This document shows positions 52,033 through 61,611 of a stretch of 64,000 nt of DNA, piece after piece; position 1 is the first letter of the stretch, and the number at the start of each line of letters is the position of its first letter. The notes under the pieces were generated by a model. It saw only the letters and a program-made list of their open reading frames with translations. It was not told where the DNA came from and searched no databases. Origin of the DNA: Candidatus Hydrogenedentota bacterium. Lineage in GTDB: Bacteria > Hydrogenedentota > Hydrogenedentia > Hydrogenedentales > GCA-2746185. A program made the position numbers and the translations under genes. Location: the NCBI GenBank assembly GCA_046583315.1, contig JAYGCN010000011.1, forward strand, positions 28,562-92,561. The letters are read 5' to 3'.

Positions 52033-53436
52033 TCAAGCAGACTCGCCATCAAATGCCCACGTGTAATGAATCCGCTCCAGCGCGGCAACTTCATCGAAGA
52101 TGCCTGAGGCCGTTGCTTCATTCATCTGCAATGCTTTCAGTTGATCGGCCGAGCGACGAAGCAGCCCTTCTTTGTCGTTGCTCTCCAGAGAAAGGTGGCG
52201 CGTCCAGGATTCGGCCAGCGCGGTAACATTGGCATGAACCGGGAACGCCTCACTAAAACTTGGCGTGTGATGAAAACGAATCGCCTCGGATATCTCGTCC
52301 GGCAGATTCCAATTACTGGCCAATTCGTAACCCGCCTCCGTGTGGGACAGACCGACGCATTCCTGCTCAGCTTTGATGAGTTCTTCGCCTGTCAACGTGC
52401 TATCCACGCGGGTGTAATTCTCCGGATCGGTCTCCAGCAACGCGATACGCCCGATATCATGCAACAATCCGGCCGTAAAATAGCTCTTGCCACTGGCACG
52501 CCCGCATCCCTTCGCGATCAACTGACTGGCCGCCGCCACGTTCATCGCCTCTTCCCAATAGACTCTGTAATTAAACTTCGAGCCTTTCTCAAAAAGATTC
52601 ATCACCGCCGCTGACAGCACAATGGAATACGTCTCACGCAATCCAAGCAGTGCGACCGCCAGGTCAATCGAGTCCACCTGATTGGGAAATCCGTATGCCG
52701 CAGAATTCGCCACGCTGAGCACTTTGGCTGCGATAGGCGGGTCCATCGTAATGCGCTCGATCACATCCGTTGCCGAACTCTGTTTATCATTCATCGCCGC
52801 CTGCACCGCCCTCACGGTATTGGGCAATGCCGGTAGCGATTTTAATTCCTGAATCATTCGGACGATATTGCCCAGCTTGAGACCCGTTTCGATTTTGGAC
52901 GCCGAGACTTCTTCGGCTTCGGGCGCAGCGGCTTTCGCGGATGCCATGTTCAAGTCTTTGATACCGGCATACTGTGCCGCATCTCGATAATAACGCTCAA
53001 TCGCGCCGCGAATATCCTCGGGGGAACACAAAATAGGTTTGACCCGCAATCCAGTGCTCGCCTCGATCATTGAAATCGTCGCGGCATCCAACGGGCACAC
53101 CATCCCCACCGTCAAAAGGTTGCCCATTTTGTCAATAGGGAACACTTCGTGTTCAATCACCACTTCTTTATCAATGAGTTTGGTGATATCCTTGGGAATC
53201 TGGTAATGCGCAAGGTCTATGCTTGCAATACCCGGTTGTCGGGACAAGAAACTAACGAAGTCATAGATCGTCAGATAACCGAGCCTTATCAATACCTCAA
53301 CAATCTTGCCGCCGTCGCGCTTCTGCGCCGTAAGCGCTTCTTGCAGCATGTTGTCGGTGATGATGCTATCGGATACAAGCAATTCGCCAATACGCTTGCG
53401 ACCCGGTGCATTGGTTGCAGCTGAGCCAGTACTCAA
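52033..53436 (-). CDS. MshEN/T2SSE-N domain fused to HDOD domain
   Basis: RIGELLV...LQEALTAQ, LTVGMVCPLD, DPPIAAKVLSVANSAAYG, AVALLG, LLHDIG, WNLP, IRFHH. Confidence 0.88.
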   Translation of the reverse strand: MSTGSAATNAPGRKRIGELLVSDSIITDNMLQEALTAQKRDGGKIVEVLIRLGYLTIYDFVSFLSRQPGIASIDLAHYQIPKDITKLIDKEVVIEHEVFPIDKMGNLLTVGMVCPLDAATISMIEASTGLRVKPILCSPEDIRGAIERYYRDAAQYAGIKDLNMASAKAAAPEAEEVSASKIETGLKLGNIVRMIQELKSLPALPNTVRAVQAAMNDKQSSATDVIERITMDPPIAAKVLSVANSAAYGFPNQVDSIDLAVALLGLRETYSIVLSAAVMNLFEKGSKFNYRVYWEEAMNVAAASQLIAKGCGRASGKSYFTAGLLHDIGRIALLETDPENYTRVDSTLTGEELIKAEQECVGLSHTEAGYELASNWNLPDEISEAIRFHHTPSFSEAFPVHANVTALAESWTRHLSLESNDKEGLLRRSADQLKALQMNEATASGIFDEVAALERIHYTWAFDGESA

Positions 53437-53506
53437 AACGGTCTCCAGTGGACTTCGACTACGCTCGGATTGTACGCAGGAACAGTTCTATTGCGGAATA
53501 ACCCTT

Positions 53507-53536
53507 ATTTTAGTACTCCCTTAGAGGACAAGTCAA
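53507..53536 (-). promoter_or_regulatory. Sigma70-type promoter for the HDOD gene
   Basis: TTGACT-N18-TAAAAT on the minus strand. Confidence 0.45.
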
Positions 53537-53569
53537 CGTACACCTGTATGAATCCGTCTGATGGGCACG

Positions 53570-53601
53570 AAAAAGCCCCTGCAACCGAAGTTGCAGGGGC
53601 T
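53570..53601 (-). terminator. Intrinsic terminator of the porin gene
   Basis: AGCCCCTGCAAC-TTCG-GTTGCAGGGGCT followed by a T run on the minus strand. Confidence 0.85.
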
Positions 53602-53635
53602 GGTATTACATACCTAAGTAATTGTCAGATGACAA

Positions 53636-54865
53636 TTAGAAGGAAATGCTGATTTCTGCGTACAGGTAATCAGGATCTTCTTCGGTAGTACCCACACCAT
53701 CTTCGATGAGGTCACCGTTAAAGAAGTGAGCATAGCCAACTTCGACGCTAACGTCTTCGCTGTAGGCATACGTTGCATACAGGCCAAACTCAGAACCAAC
53801 TTCATCCTCACCACCAATATCTTCATCAAGTTCGAACAGGGTTTCGACAACAGAAAGACCGATTTTTTCGGTAGCTTGGATGCTAAAACCAATACGATAG
53901 ATATTCATGTTGGTGATATCCGTGTTACCAAGGAACTCACTGTATTCCCAGTCGGAGAACAGACGGTTGAATCCCGCGTCCGAGCCATCAGGGCCTTCAA
54001 GCAAGGTATATCCAAGGAATATACGGGGCTGCACGTTCGTATCAAAGGTGTAACCGACTTCAGCATTGACAGCCATTCCTTCAGCATCAAGACCGCTGGG
54101 ACCCGTGGTGGAGCCCATATCACCGTCTTGCAAAGCAACTTCAACTTCGTAGTCAAACCCACCCGCGTTACCCGCTACGCGAGCACCGTATGTATAGAAG
54201 TCACCGTTTTCAGTAAGGCTGGCACCGAGATTACCGGTACGTAACTGCAAGACATAACCATCGATAACCAGGTCTTCAATACCAGTATACGACCCATAGA
54301 TACCACGAAGGTTGATATCTGTATCACCAAACGCCGCGTTATTGCCTTCAACAACTTTCAAGTTCAACAAGGTCACATTGAACGACGTGCCAAAGTTGTA
54401 ACGTGATGTAATACCGTCGAAGCTAAGGCCCGTAAATTGACCGGCCGTATCGTTGTTACCAATCAGGAACTCGCTACCGAGTTGTACTTCCTGACGACCG
54501 ATACGGATGCTTGCGTCGCGATCGAAAACCTGACCAAGTTCAACGTATGCCTGGTAAATATTAGCCTGGCTGTTGCCGGACGCACCAGTGTCACCACCAA
54601 CGATGTCACGGGTGTCGTCACCCCAGTTACCGTAGTTGTCGAATTCGATGAACGTAGAATCGTCATCGCTGAAGTCCGAACTCAGATTCACGGTCGTACG
54701 CTGTTCCGTGTACGCGCTGGTTTCATTAGCATCGTCTGCACCGGGGTTGATGTAACTGTTTCCACGGATGCGAATTGATCCGCCTACTTCTACATTTTGA
54801 AGGTCAGCGTATGAAGTAGCGCCTACGAGGGCTACCGCTACTGCCATTGTCATAATTTTACGCAT
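53636..54865 (-). CDS. Alginate-export-family outer membrane beta-barrel (probable major porin)
   Basis: Signal peptide, IYQAYV, RIGRQEVQLG, FDG, C-terminal YAEISISF; AGGAG RBS; distinct T-ending codon usage. Confidence 0.82.
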   Translation of the reverse strand: MRKIMTMAVAVALVGATSYADLQNVEVGGSIRIRGNSYINPGADDANETSAYTEQRTTVNLSSDFSDDDSTFIEFDNYGNWGDDTRDIVGGDTGASGNSQANIYQAYVELGQVFDRDASIRIGRQEVQLGSEFLIGNNDTAGQFTGLSFDGITSRYNFGTSFNVTLLNLKVVEGNNAAFGDTDINLRGIYGSYTGIEDLVIDGYVLQLRTGNLGASLTENGDFYTYGARVAGNAGGFDYEVEVALQDGDMGSTTGPSGLDAEGMAVNAEVGYTFDTNVQPRIFLGYTLLEGPDGSDAGFNRLFSDWEYSEFLGNTDITNMNIYRIGFSIQATEKIGLSVVETLFELDEDIGGEDEVGSEFGLYATYAYSEDVSVEVGYAHFFNGDLIEDGVGTTEEDPDYLYAEISISF

Positions 54866-55153
54866 GGTGCGTATCTCCTTATAAGGACTGGCCAAATGCC
54901 AGTCACTTTGAATTGTTTAATTTCGAGTGTGGCAGAGATTTCTGCCTGGCTACCAAAACCTTCGATAACCTATATACTTTCTACATCGTTTACCGATAAT
55001 CTCCATGAATTAGCAACTTCTTGCAAGTGTTATTCATCCCTCCTCTCGTAAATTAGATTTGGAAATTATCTTGGATGGTTTTCTTCAACTGTATGGTGTA
55101 TGGCGATAAGATTATCGATCACTACATATGGTATACGTACTTCGTATCTGCGA

Positions 55154-55182
55154 ATTCTAGCAGGGATTGTATTGTTTGTCAA
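55154..55182 (-). promoter_or_regulatory. Strong sigma70-type promoter for the porin gene
   Basis: TTGACA-N17-TAGAAT with a TG extension. Confidence 0.7.
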
Positions 55183-55361
55183 TAGTTTGTTTTCACGTCC
55201 AACGATTCAACCTTACATTGGCACTACTTCACGAAATATCCCCATTTCCATTGCTGTTTATTACTGCTATGTGATTTTCACCCCCACATATTTTGCGACA
55301 TTTAACACCATTCAACAACAATTAGTCAAGCTTTATTGCTTTTTTTATTTTTTATTTCCGC

Positions 55362-56738
55362 CTAATTGTTAAGTACCCCCAACATTTCGGACACCCGGGT
55401 GTATTTTTCCCGGGGTTTTCCGACCGTTTCACCTCGCGCCATTTCCTCGGAATCAATCAATTTCCAGTCATCGTAACTGACTAGACGAACACCCCGACCA
55501 TTTAATTCATTCAATAATAAAGCCGTTTCCGGACTTTCACAGGGTGTCAGCTTCGGCAAATCCTCCAATAACTGCTCCACCGTCGCGCCGCTATCCGGCT
55601 TATTGGTCCCGATAACACCACTCGGACCGCGTTTTATCCATCCAACGACATACAAACCATCGTATTGCCCATTTTTCGTAATAATTCGCCCGTTCTCGTT
55701 CGGGAAAACCCCTCGTTGCTCATCAAACGGTACGTCAGGTAGTGCTACCCCACGATACCCCACACTACGCAACACAAGTCCGCAATCGACCTGCTCCGTC
55801 TCACCAGTACCCCTTGCTTTGACGTTAAAGGGCTTGCCGGACAAGGCATTCTTCTCGAGCACAATCGATTCGACGCGATCCCTACCGTGAATCTCAACAG
55901 GGCTCTTGCAGAACTCGATGTGCAGATTGCGCGAGGCACCGTCGACTGAAGACTCTGATAACTCTTTCATGATGGGTACAATCTTCGGCGCGGATTTATT
56001 GCCGGGATCGTCGTATTCGACCTGGCTCACGGGGTCGAAATCAAAAACCGCCGGATCGATCACCGTGTTGCAGTCCTCAAGATGCCCCATTTCTTTGATT
56101 TCGACCTGACTGAACTTGGCCTGCACAGGCCCGCGACGTCCTATCATATGAACATTGCGAATCTTGCTCTCGGCAAGTTGATCAAGCGCGTGCTGGGCAA
56201 TATCGGTCGTGCTCAACTCGTCGACCGTCTTGCACAGGATGCGGCACACATCAATCGCGACATTCCCCTGACCAATCACAACGGCGGTCTCGTGAGAAAA
56301 GTCGAATTCCAGATCGCGGTAATCGGGATGCCCGTTATACCAGGCCACAAATGCCGTAGCAGGCACGCTACCGGAAAGATCTTCGCCGGGAATGCCGAGA
56401 TTGCGATCACGCTGCGCGCCGTTAGCAAAAATAACAGCGTCATAATGGCGTTTAACGTCCTCAAGGCTCATATCCTTGCCAAATTCAACATTCCCATAAT
56501 AAGTAAAGCCCGGTTTCACCGCGATGCGATCATATACCTTAATCACATTTTTGATTTTCTGATGATCAGGCGCCACACCCAATCGCACAAGTCCATAGGG
56601 ACAAGGCAATCGCTCGAACATATCAACGACCGTTGCCTCCTCCGCTTTCAACAGAGCGTCCGCTGCATAGAATCCACTCGGGCCACTTCCAATGATAGCC
56701 ACCCGCAGAGGGCGTTCTTCCGTTCCTAAAGTACTCAT
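55362..56738 (-). CDS. Ferredoxin--NADP+ reductase (adrenodoxin reductase/FprA type)
   Basis: GSGPSG, GLVRLGVAPDH, WYNGHPD, GQGNVAIDV, GWIKRGPSGVIGTNK. Confidence 0.93.
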   Translation of the reverse strand: MSTLGTEERPLRVAIIGSGPSGFYAADALLKAEEATVVDMFERLPCPYGLVRLGVAPDHQKIKNVIKVYDRIAVKPGFTYYGNVEFGKDMSLEDVKRHYDAVIFANGAQRDRNLGIPGEDLSGSVPATAFVAWYNGHPDYRDLEFDFSHETAVVIGQGNVAIDVCRILCKTVDELSTTDIAQHALDQLAESKIRNVHMIGRRGPVQAKFSQVEIKEMGHLEDCNTVIDPAVFDFDPVSQVEYDDPGNKSAPKIVPIMKELSESSVDGASRNLHIEFCKSPVEIHGRDRVESIVLEKNALSGKPFNVKARGTGETEQVDCGLVLRSVGYRGVALPDVPFDEQRGVFPNENGRIITKNGQYDGLYVVGWIKRGPSGVIGTNKPDSGATVEQLLEDLPKLTPCESPETALLLNELNGRGVRLVSYDDWKLIDSEEMARGETVGKPREKYTRVSEMLGVLNN

Positions 56739-56939
56739 AAATATGCACTTCCATTTATATTGAACTTGGGTTAATCCCGCAGATTCTATCGCCGCCTAAC
56801 CTGACAAGTCAATGAAAACCCAGAATGACGACTGTTTGTTCCCCAATAGCCCCTTTTTACCCGCTCGATCTTTCAAAGGCTCCTCAGGCTATAATACCCC
56901 CTTCAACACGATACGATAATACGAAAGAGAGTACTATTC

Positions 56940-57512
56940 ATGCCAATGCCACCCATCCTGGATACGATCGATTGGAAATCAACCTATGAACTGGGAATCG
57001 ACTTCGCGACCTGGCTCAATCAGGCAAAAAACGATTCAAATCGTGGGACGATGGAGAAAATCCACTCGAAACAGCCGTTATCGGAAGAAGTTATGGCTAC
57101 CCTTCAACAAATCGACCGTCCCGTTCACGTAATCGCCATTGCCGAGGATTGGTGCGGCGATGTCGTGCGTCACGCCCCGATTCTCCAGAAAATGGCTGAC
57201 CAATCCGATCACCTCCACGTGCGCTACATCACGCGAGAAGGATTCGAAGAAGTGTTCGTCCGCTATCTGACAAATGGGGGAGAGGCCATTCCCAAATTTA
57301 TCTTCCTCAACGAATCCTTCGTAGAATGCGGCAACTGGGGTCCCATGACGCAAGCGTTCCGTGATCTCATTTCCCGGGGCAAAGCCTGTGGAGACGTCGC
57401 CGCCGCCCGCAAGATTATCCACGACGCCTATTATAAGGATAGAGAACGAAATGATGTCGTCGACGAACTCATGTATCTGTTCGATATTGCCAGCGCGCAT
57501 TCGGTAGAGTGA
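56940..57512 (+). CDS. Thioredoxin-family protein with CxD motif
   Basis: AEDWCGD, TNGGEAIP, WGP. Confidence 0.85.
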   Translation: MPMPPILDTIDWKSTYELGIDFATWLNQAKNDSNRGTMEKIHSKQPLSEEVMATLQQIDRPVHVIAIAEDWCGDVVRHAPILQKMADQSDHLHVRYITREGFEEVFVRYLTNGGEAIPKFIFLNESFVECGNWGPMTQAFRDLISRGKACGDVAAARKIIHDAYYKDRERNDVVDELMYLFDIASAHSVE

Positions 57513-57536
57513 CCCTCCACCTGTGAAGACACCAAG

Positions 57537-58703
57537 ATGATAAACCTGAATCCCGATACCGTAGAGCTCTCCCAAGAAGAGATGCTGCGATACAGTCGCC
57601 ACGTTTCGCTACCCGAAGTCGGCGTGGAGGGACAAAAACGCCTGAAAGCCGCAAGCATTCTGCTCGTCGGTACCGGTGGACTCGGTTCGCCGCTGGCCAT
57701 GTATCTGTCCGCCGCCGGAGTGGGGCACCTCGGCCTGGTCGACTTTGACGTAGTCGACACGACCAACCTGCACCGCCAATTGATACACGGTACGAAAGAC
57801 GTGGGACGTCCAAAAATTGAATCCGCCTCGGAATCGATTGCGGACATCAATCCGCACGTGCAAGTCTCCACCTACAATACAGCCCTCACCTCAGAAAACG
57901 CACTGGAGATCATCGCGGACTACGATCTGGTCATTGACGGGACCGACAATTTCCCGACACGGTATCTCGTAAACGATGCCTGCGTCCTCTCCGGCAAACC
58001 AAACGTCTACGGTAGCGTCTACCGTTTCGAAGGCCAGGCATCCGTATTTGCCACGAAAAACGGCCCCTGCTATCGATGCCTCTTTCCGCAACCACCGCCG
58101 CCGGGTGCCGTGCCCAATTGTGCGGAAGGTGGAGTACTCGGCGTATTGCCCGGCATTGTCGGCCTCATTCAGGCCAACGAAGCCATCAAGTTAATCCTGG
58201 GAAAAGGCGAACCCTTGATTGGACGTTTGCTATTATTCGACGCACTCGCGATGAAGTTTCGGGAGGTGAAACTGAAACGCGATCCAAAATGTCCGGTATG
58301 CGGCGACCATCCCACCCTAACCGAGCTTATTGACTACAAAGAATTTTGCGGTATCCCTGAGGAAACCGACCACGAAGGAGAAAGTCCCTTGGAAATTTCA
58401 GTGAAAGACACGAAAGCAAGAATGGATAACGGCGACGACTTTATTTTGATCGACGTGCGCGAAACGGAAGAATATGAAATAGCAAAAATCGAAGGGGCTA
58501 TTTTGATTCCCCTCAGTGACTTCGAAGAAGGCATCAAAGCCATCGACAAATCGGCCGACATTATCGTGCATTGCAAAATGGGCGGTCGCAGTGCGCAGGC
58601 CCAGGACTGGATGATCGAAAATGGTTACGAAAAAGTCCTGAACATGACCGGCGGGATCACCAGCTGGTCCCACGAAATTGATTCGACTATTCCCGTATAC
58701 TAG
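57537..58703 (+). CDS. moeB: Molybdopterin-synthase adenylyltransferase MoeB with C-terminal rhodanese
   Basis: RYSRH, GTGGLG, NLHRQ, DGTDNFPTRY, CYRC, NCAEGGVLG, HCKMGGRS. Confidence 0.93.
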   Translation: MINLNPDTVELSQEEMLRYSRHVSLPEVGVEGQKRLKAASILLVGTGGLGSPLAMYLSAAGVGHLGLVDFDVVDTTNLHRQLIHGTKDVGRPKIESASESIADINPHVQVSTYNTALTSENALEIIADYDLVIDGTDNFPTRYLVNDACVLSGKPNVYGSVYRFEGQASVFATKNGPCYRCLFPQPPPPGAVPNCAEGGVLGVLPGIVGLIQANEAIKLILGKGEPLIGRLLLFDALAMKFREVKLKRDPKCPVCGDHPTLTELIDYKEFCGIPEETDHEGESPLEISVKDTKARMDNGDDFILIDVRETEEYEIAKIEGAILIPLSDFEEGIKAIDKSADIIVHCKMGGRSAQAQDWMIENGYEKVLNMTGGITSWSHEIDSTIPVY

Positions 58704-58741
58704 AACCCGTTGAAAACCCAACCCCTACCGAGGCCGCTACT

Positions 58742-59809
58742 ATGATCTTTCGAAGCACATTGACACTCTTCCTTGCACTGACGGGCATCGCGGTCGCCGG
58801 TCCACCCATCATCGATCCGGTCGTCTTGCTCGATAAAGGCGCAACGGTCAACTTCGTGTTCGAAGATGACCGCCCTTTCAAAAGCTGCCACGCCTCAACT
58901 ATCGTCCAGACCGAGTCGGGCGATATCCTCGCGGCCTGGTTTGCGGGCACCGGCGAAAAAAATCCAGACGTCGCAATCTACATCGCACGCTATTCAAATG
59001 GAAAGTGGGGGCCTCTCGACACAAAAGTAAAAGTCAATGAGACCGCACACTGGAACCCCGTATTTTTCCGGGATCCGCGCTCGGGCATTCACCTCTTTTT
59101 CAAAGTGGGGCCCGAAATCCCGCATTGGCAGACCTACTGGATAACCAGTACCGACGACGGAAAGACCTGGAGCGAAGCCACCGAGCTCGTGCCCGGAGAC
59201 AACGGCGGACGCGGACCGGTCAAAAACAAACCTATCCTGTTACAAGACGGCACCTGGCTCGCCGGAGCGTCGACGGAATTGGATGGTTGGAAACCCTTCG
59301 CTGATCGTTCAGATGATTTCGGCAAGACCTGGACTCGTTCCGACGACATCGAAATTGATCGAAAGGTCATCCGGGGCAAGGGGGCGATTCAGCCGACGCT
59401 TTGGGAGTATGAGAAGAATAAGATTCGCGGGTTCTTTCGCACGACCGGTAAGGTCATCGGTCGTTCTGATTCCAATGATGGCGGTAAGACCTGGTCCCCC
59501 TTGAAACCCAGCGGTCTACCGAACAACAACAGCGGCGTGGACGTGTTGCAGCTGGAAGGCGGCCGTTTGATTCTCGTGTACAATCCGGTTGCCAGAAATT
59601 GGGGTTCACGTAGTCCGCTCAATCTCGCCGTATCCCACGACAACGGTGAAACCTGGAAAGACTTCGCCAGCCTGGAATCGGAAAAGGGCAAAGAATTTTC
59701 CTACCCGGCCATCATCAAAACCAATGACGGTATCGCAATCTCCTACACCTGGAAACGCAAACGCGTCCGAGTCTGGAACATACCGATGACGGCGTTGCAA
59801 GGGATCTAA
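58742..59809 (+). CDS. Exo-alpha-sialidase / BNR-repeat protein
   Basis: Signal peptide; four Asp-boxes (STDDGKTW, SDDFGKTW, SNDGGKTW, SHDNGETW); GPVKNKP; FSYP. Confidence 0.88.
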   Translation: MIFRSTLTLFLALTGIAVAGPPIIDPVVLLDKGATVNFVFEDDRPFKSCHASTIVQTESGDILAAWFAGTGEKNPDVAIYIARYSNGKWGPLDTKVKVNETAHWNPVFFRDPRSGIHLFFKVGPEIPHWQTYWITSTDDGKTWSEATELVPGDNGGRGPVKNKPILLQDGTWLAGASTELDGWKPFADRSDDFGKTWTRSDDIEIDRKVIRGKGAIQPTLWEYEKNKIRGFFRTTGKVIGRSDSNDGGKTWSPLKPSGLPNNNSGVDVLQLEGGRLILVYNPVARNWGSRSPLNLAVSHDNGETWKDFASLESEKGKEFSYPAIIKTNDGIAISYTWKRKRVRVWNIPMTALQGI

Positions 59810-59861
59810 TTGAGCATGCAATGGGATGACCCCTTGATTCAACAACCGGGTTTCGCAAAAT

Positions 59862-60635
59862 ATGTCCCAGCCAACATCGGATAATCAACCCGTCGTATTC
59901 GAATACCCCTTCGAGGTGCGTCAACGCGACGTGGATCAGTTCGACCGAATCACGCCGGGCGCGCTCTATGGGTCTATGCAAGATGCGGCTCTGGCTCACA
60001 GTGCCGCGCGCAATTTATCGGGGCCCGAGCTTCTCGCAAGAGGCTACGTGTGGATGCTGAATCGAATTCATTTTGTCGTCGATTCACCGCCGATGCTGTT
60101 GGATCAGCTTCGAATTCGCACGTGGGGATCCTATTTTTCGGGGCTCTATGCCGTTCGGGAATATAACGTCCTGAACAATGCCGACGAAGTTTTGGTGCGT
60201 GGCACGTCCCGTTGGCTGACGATTCACGTCGAGAAAAAACGCGCCGTTCGCATGCCCGATTTTATCTCCGAGCACTACGGCGTACACCCAGATCGCGGCC
60301 TGGAAAACTCATTTGAGAAATTCCACATTCCAGTGGAATCCGGGCACACGATGAATTTTCGCGTCCTCTGGAGCGATCTCGACAGCAATCGCCACGCCAA
60401 CAGTGCACGCTATTTCGATTGGTGTGTGGATGCGCTTCCTCACGACGTGGTGCAACAGGCGAGACTGGCGGAGTTCGAGCTTGACTATAAAAGAGAGCTA
60501 CGGCTCAACGATCAATTGATTTCGGGAAGCCATCGTCAGCAGAACGGTACTGCTGACGGGCAGCAGTACCTGCATCGTATTACGGCTGACGACCCGGACA
60601 CACTCATTGCGCAGGCCCGCTCGCGCTGGATCTAA
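59862..60635 (+). CDS. Acyl-ACP thioesterase
   Basis: Double hot-dog pattern; DLDSNRHANSARY. Confidence 0.85.
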   Translation: MSQPTSDNQPVVFEYPFEVRQRDVDQFDRITPGALYGSMQDAALAHSAARNLSGPELLARGYVWMLNRIHFVVDSPPMLLDQLRIRTWGSYFSGLYAVREYNVLNNADEVLVRGTSRWLTIHVEKKRAVRMPDFISEHYGVHPDRGLENSFEKFHIPVESGHTMNFRVLWSDLDSNRHANSARYFDWCVDALPHDVVQQARLAEFELDYKRELRLNDQLISGSHRQQNGTADGQQYLHRITADDPDTLIAQARSRWI

Positions 60636-60707
60636 CGACGCCTAGGGGTGATATAGTAGATGTTATACAATTTCGTTTTTTCCCGCCACGCGACAAGGAG
60701 ATGTTTC

Positions 60708-61601
60708 ATGATACGACGCAATCCGTGCCTGATAATGTTTCTGATGGTCACCCTCGCAATCGTCCCGCAAAGTTTCGCCCTCGATGCCGAGGCCATAGGC
60801 GAAGCGGCTGATACCCAGGCCACCACCCAGCCCGACGGTGTCGTGCGTATCGGTTGGTCGCGCTCCGATGTTGAGGTCCTGGTGGACGGCATGCCTTTCA
60901 AACCGCAAGCGGGTCTCGGTTCCTGGGCGGCCTTCAAGGAATCACAAAATGGCGCAATGGTGATGGGCGATACGGTCGTGTTTCAGGACGAAGTCGACGC
61001 GGCCATGGATGCCGCCTTCGCCGGAGGACTGGAAATCACGGCCTTGCACAATCACTTCTTCTACGACACTCCCAAAGTCTATTTCATGCACATCGGCGGA
61101 CAGGGCGACCCGGTCGAACTCGCCGCCGCAGTCAAAGACATGTGGGATGCCATCAAAGTCATTCGCTCTGACAATCCAATCCCCGCCCTGCGTTTTCCGG
61201 GACCAGCCCTAACCGCCGGCAACATCGATGCCGCGCCCATCAACGAAATTCTTGGCACCGCCAGCAAACCCAACAACGGTGTCGTCAAAGTGGCCTTCCC
61301 GCGCGAAGGTAAAATGCACGGCATCACCATCGGCGGCACGATGGGGCTATCCAGCTGGGCGGCCTTCTCCGGAAACGACGACCGCGCTGCCATGGACGGC
61401 GATTTCATCATGACCGGCCCGGAAGTTCAACCCGTCTTGCAGGCCATGCGCGTCGCAGGTATCCACGTCGTCGCGCTACACAATCACATGACCGACGAAG
61501 ATCCGCATTTCTACTTCACCCATTTCTGGGCCGTCGGATCCACCAAAAAACTCGCCCAGGACTTCAAATCCGTGCTTGATGCCCAGGCAAACGTTCGCTA
61601 A
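60708..61601 (+). CDS. DUF1259 domain protein (tandem)
   Basis: Signal peptide; repeated SWAAF, ALHNH and F[MT]H motifs; AGGAG RBS. Confidence 0.88.
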   Translation: MIRRNPCLIMFLMVTLAIVPQSFALDAEAIGEAADTQATTQPDGVVRIGWSRSDVEVLVDGMPFKPQAGLGSWAAFKESQNGAMVMGDTVVFQDEVDAAMDAAFAGGLEITALHNHFFYDTPKVYFMHIGGQGDPVELAAAVKDMWDAIKVIRSDNPIPALRFPGPALTAGNIDAAPINEILGTASKPNNGVVKVAFPREGKMHGITIGGTMGLSSWAAFSGNDDRAAMDGDFIMTGPEVQPVLQAMRVAGIHVVALHNHMTDEDPHFYFTHFWAVGSTKKLAQDFKSVLDAQANVR

Positions 61602-61611
61602 CAAGGGTACA

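Noticed and set aside
50623..54865. Alginate biosynthesis locus
   Set aside because: MBOAT and porin are on opposite strands with no polymerase, epimerase, lyase or AlgJ/AlgF genes
47644..56738. P450 plus ferredoxin reductase as a dedicated redox system
   Set aside because: They are 6.5 kb apart with unrelated genes between and no ferredoxin gene
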